Assembly: GCA_018985225.1 (NCBI GenBank)
Contig: JADGIF010000070.1
Span: forward strand, 1-23,514
Length of the DNA: 23,514 nt
Source of the DNA: Amoeboradix gromovi X-113
Taxonomy: Eukaryota > Fungi > Sanchytriomycota
Direction: 5' to 3'
In this document: piece by piece, positions 21,399 through 23,514 of the stretch
Layout: each line of letters opens with the position of its first letter
How positions within the stretch are numbered: the first letter of the stretch is position 1
The notes under the pieces: model-generated
What the model saw: the letters and a program-made list of their open reading frames with translations, nothing else
Database searches by the model: none
What the model was told of the DNA's origin: nothing
Program-made: the position numbers and the translations under genes

Positions 21399-22334
21399 AT
21401 GTTTTTTTGTCACGAATGTCTCAATCTTAGTGAAGTATACCCTTGCAGTAATTGTCAAAGTGAGTTTTTAGAAGAGTCGGCAACTGTAAATCCTCTTGAA
21501 GAACTAGGACACGCTTTTGTAAGAGAAATATCAAGAGCAACTCGTCGTCAAAATCAAGATACTCAGCCAGATGAGACTGCTAGAACAAACTCTGAGTTTA
21601 ACTACAATCTTCCGAGACACCGGCAAAATAATACAGAAACAAATAGATCCCAGGAACCTTTGGGATCTCAAGATATGTTGTTCAATATATTTGATCTAAT
21701 AAACAGCGTAGGTGATGGAGTTCAATTCCAAATGGGAAGCGAGGGTGGACTAAATGATTTATTAAACCAGTTGTTCCAGCAGCATGAGACTCAAGAGAAT
21801 CCAGTACCTAAAAATGTTTTGAATTCCTTCAAGCGAAAAGAATTTTTAACTCCAAAAGACTGTGCCATCTGTCAAGATATTCTAGAGTATGGTTTAGAGC
21901 TAAAATGCAAGCATGTGTTTCATGAGGACTGCATTAAAGAGTGGTTTAAAAGCCATAATACTTGTCCCATTTGCCGCGCCGAAGTGTGCCCTGCTGAAGA
22001 GTGCGAGCCCATAGAAAGGCCAACAAGTGTTCCTCCACCCAGAAGAGCGCAAAACCAACAGCACAATAGAAGTAGAAGTGTTCCCAGAAATCCGGATCCC
22101 ATTTCGGTGTTTGTTAATTCAGATTCCAATGAACGTGGCCCAATAAGTCCACCTTTTCGTAGAAGATATATACAGCCTGGTGATCTAGGATTTGTAATGA
22201 TGGAATCGGAGCCCTTACCGGAGGTGAACACAAATGAAGCAACACCAGCAAACAGCAGCGAACAAATTAATACAGGGTCCGAGCACCCGCCCAGGCGAAG
22301 ATCATTTTTTAGTAGACTGTTTGGCTCAAATTAA
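21399..22334 (+). CDS. RNF126/RNF115-like RING-H2 E3 ubiquitin ligase
   Basis: N-terminal Zn finger FFCHEC...CSNCQSEFLEE and RING-H2 CAIC...CKHVFHEDC...W...CPICR. Confidence 0.88.
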   Translation: MFFCHECLNLSEVYPCSNCQSEFLEESATVNPLEELGHAFVREISRATRRQNQDTQPDETARTNSEFNYNLPRHRQNNTETNRSQEPLGSQDMLFNIFDLINSVGDGVQFQMGSEGGLNDLLNQLFQQHETQENPVPKNVLNSFKRKEFLTPKDCAICQDILEYGLELKCKHVFHEDCIKEWFKSHNTCPICRAEVCPAEECEPIERPTSVPPPRRAQNQQHNRSRSVPRNPDPISVFVNSDSNERGPISPPFRRRYIQPGDLGFVMMESEPLPEVNTNEATPANSSEQINTGSEHPPRRRSFFSRLFGSN

Positions 22335-22336
22335 AT

Positions 22337-22681
22337 TTATTTTACTTCTATTTTCTCTTCGTCTTTGGATCCACTCAAATAATGGTAATTTAGAAATCTA
22401 TATCCTTGAACTAGTTGTGCAATCTCATTGGTGAAATGACATGCAAATAAAAGATTGTTACGAGGCTGCACTTTCACCGCAAATCTCATGAACAATATCG
22501 AATATGCTCCAAGAGCAATGGTCATTTTACCACTTATAAATTCTGGTGATTTCTGAGTATCAGCTATTGCTGCTAATGGCAGTCCCCAGTTAAACACTGG
22601 ACCCCAAAAATGTGTTGAAAGTAAATAAGTTCTAAATTCTTTTGAGCCTAACTGAGAAAAAAAGGAAGTCATTTGGGACAT
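22337..22681 (-). CDS. MPC1: Mitochondrial pyruvate carrier subunit 1
   Basis: [36 protein letters not shown] and LLFACH. Confidence 0.95.
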   Translation of the reverse strand: MSQMTSFFSQLGSKEFRTYLLSTHFWGPVFNWGLPLAAIADTQKSPEFISGKMTIALGAYSILFMRFAVKVQPRNNLLFACHFTNEIAQLVQGYRFLNYHYLSGSKDEEKIEVK

Positions 22682-23514
22682 AATCTACAAAGACCAGACA
22701 AACTTTCCAAAACAAGTTTCAAAAAAGCGGATCAGTCAAATACAAATGTCCATATTTTTTCATCTTTGCTTCAAGCAAATACTTGCTGCTGATGACTGCT
22801 TTTTTTTGAAAGTCTGGTCTGGTTTTATCATGCAATGGATTATTTATGACCGGAAGGTTTTCGAAACATTCCCTTCTCTGTCCACAACCACAATGGCGTA
22901 ACCTTTGGCTCTATATGATATCGCTGAATGTTTCTGTACTCTCCATCAAATTCAAGAGATTTAAGCGCTCTTTGGTTGTGTTAAACTCAAGAATATGCAA
23001 ATACAATATCTTTTATAGAATTTTTTTATTGAGATCATAAAATGGCACTTTCTATCATGCTTATAAATGCAAGCACCATAGTAAACCACTAACCATACTA
23101 TTTCACTCTCTAACATCTTGTTTGGCATATGACAACCCTAGAACCATTTCTAGATTAAATGAGACACCAAATATAAAAACTAGACTAACTCGTTTTTAAA
23201 GGTGCACCATACAGAGGAAATGCTATCATTAACAAAAGATCTTCTATTATACCAATTTTCTTTAATTGATTGTATTCCTCTTTTTGAAATAAAACTAGAA
23301 GACCCTGCATCTCGTTCAAATATATGAGGTCTTTGAGCATCTAAGCAAAAGGTGCATTTTCCTAGACGGGATTCTCTTCTAGAGTCATTTTGTAATGTTA
23401 TACTAACATCATTACTCTTATCTATTTCTTTGAAGTGTAATAGTGATATTTTATTTGAAATAAAGATTGGATGAAAGAGTAAAAGAATAGCTGTACAGAA
23501 TATTTATTTTTGAA

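Noticed and set aside
22700-23490. Coding or pseudogene content in the terminal AT-rich region (also 2230-2500 and 3450-3850)
   Set aside because: I found only short ORFs and no motif I can support by eye. A frameshift-aware protein search would be needed.

Overview
Compact, AT-rich eukaryotic nuclear DNA using the standard genetic code. It is most consistent with an early-diverging, probably flagellated fungus or fungal relative (inference from a stand-alone Ceg1-type capping guanylyltransferase, fungal-like profilin, SERCA, MPC1 and a doublecortin-repeat protein). About 14 tightly packed host genes are present. Five of them need a single ultra-short 19-22 nt GT-AG intron to restore the conserved protein. 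The longer intergenic gaps hold decayed Fanzor/TnpB-like RNA-guided nuclease elements. Five element ends share a small hairpin followed by GAC(T/G)TTTA(AC/GT)GAGGAG, as expected for omega-RNA scaffolds, and each is followed by a different downstream 'guide'. All five point into the 5' end of a co-oriented host gene, and one ends 1 nt before an ATG. At least one locus carries two different Fanzor-like C-termini back to back. No intact Fanzor or transposase is visible. Other notable genes are a signal-peptide RING-H2 protein (possible secreted E3 effector), an extensin-like YxY-rich secreted protein and a DUF4116-like 22-aa repeat protein.
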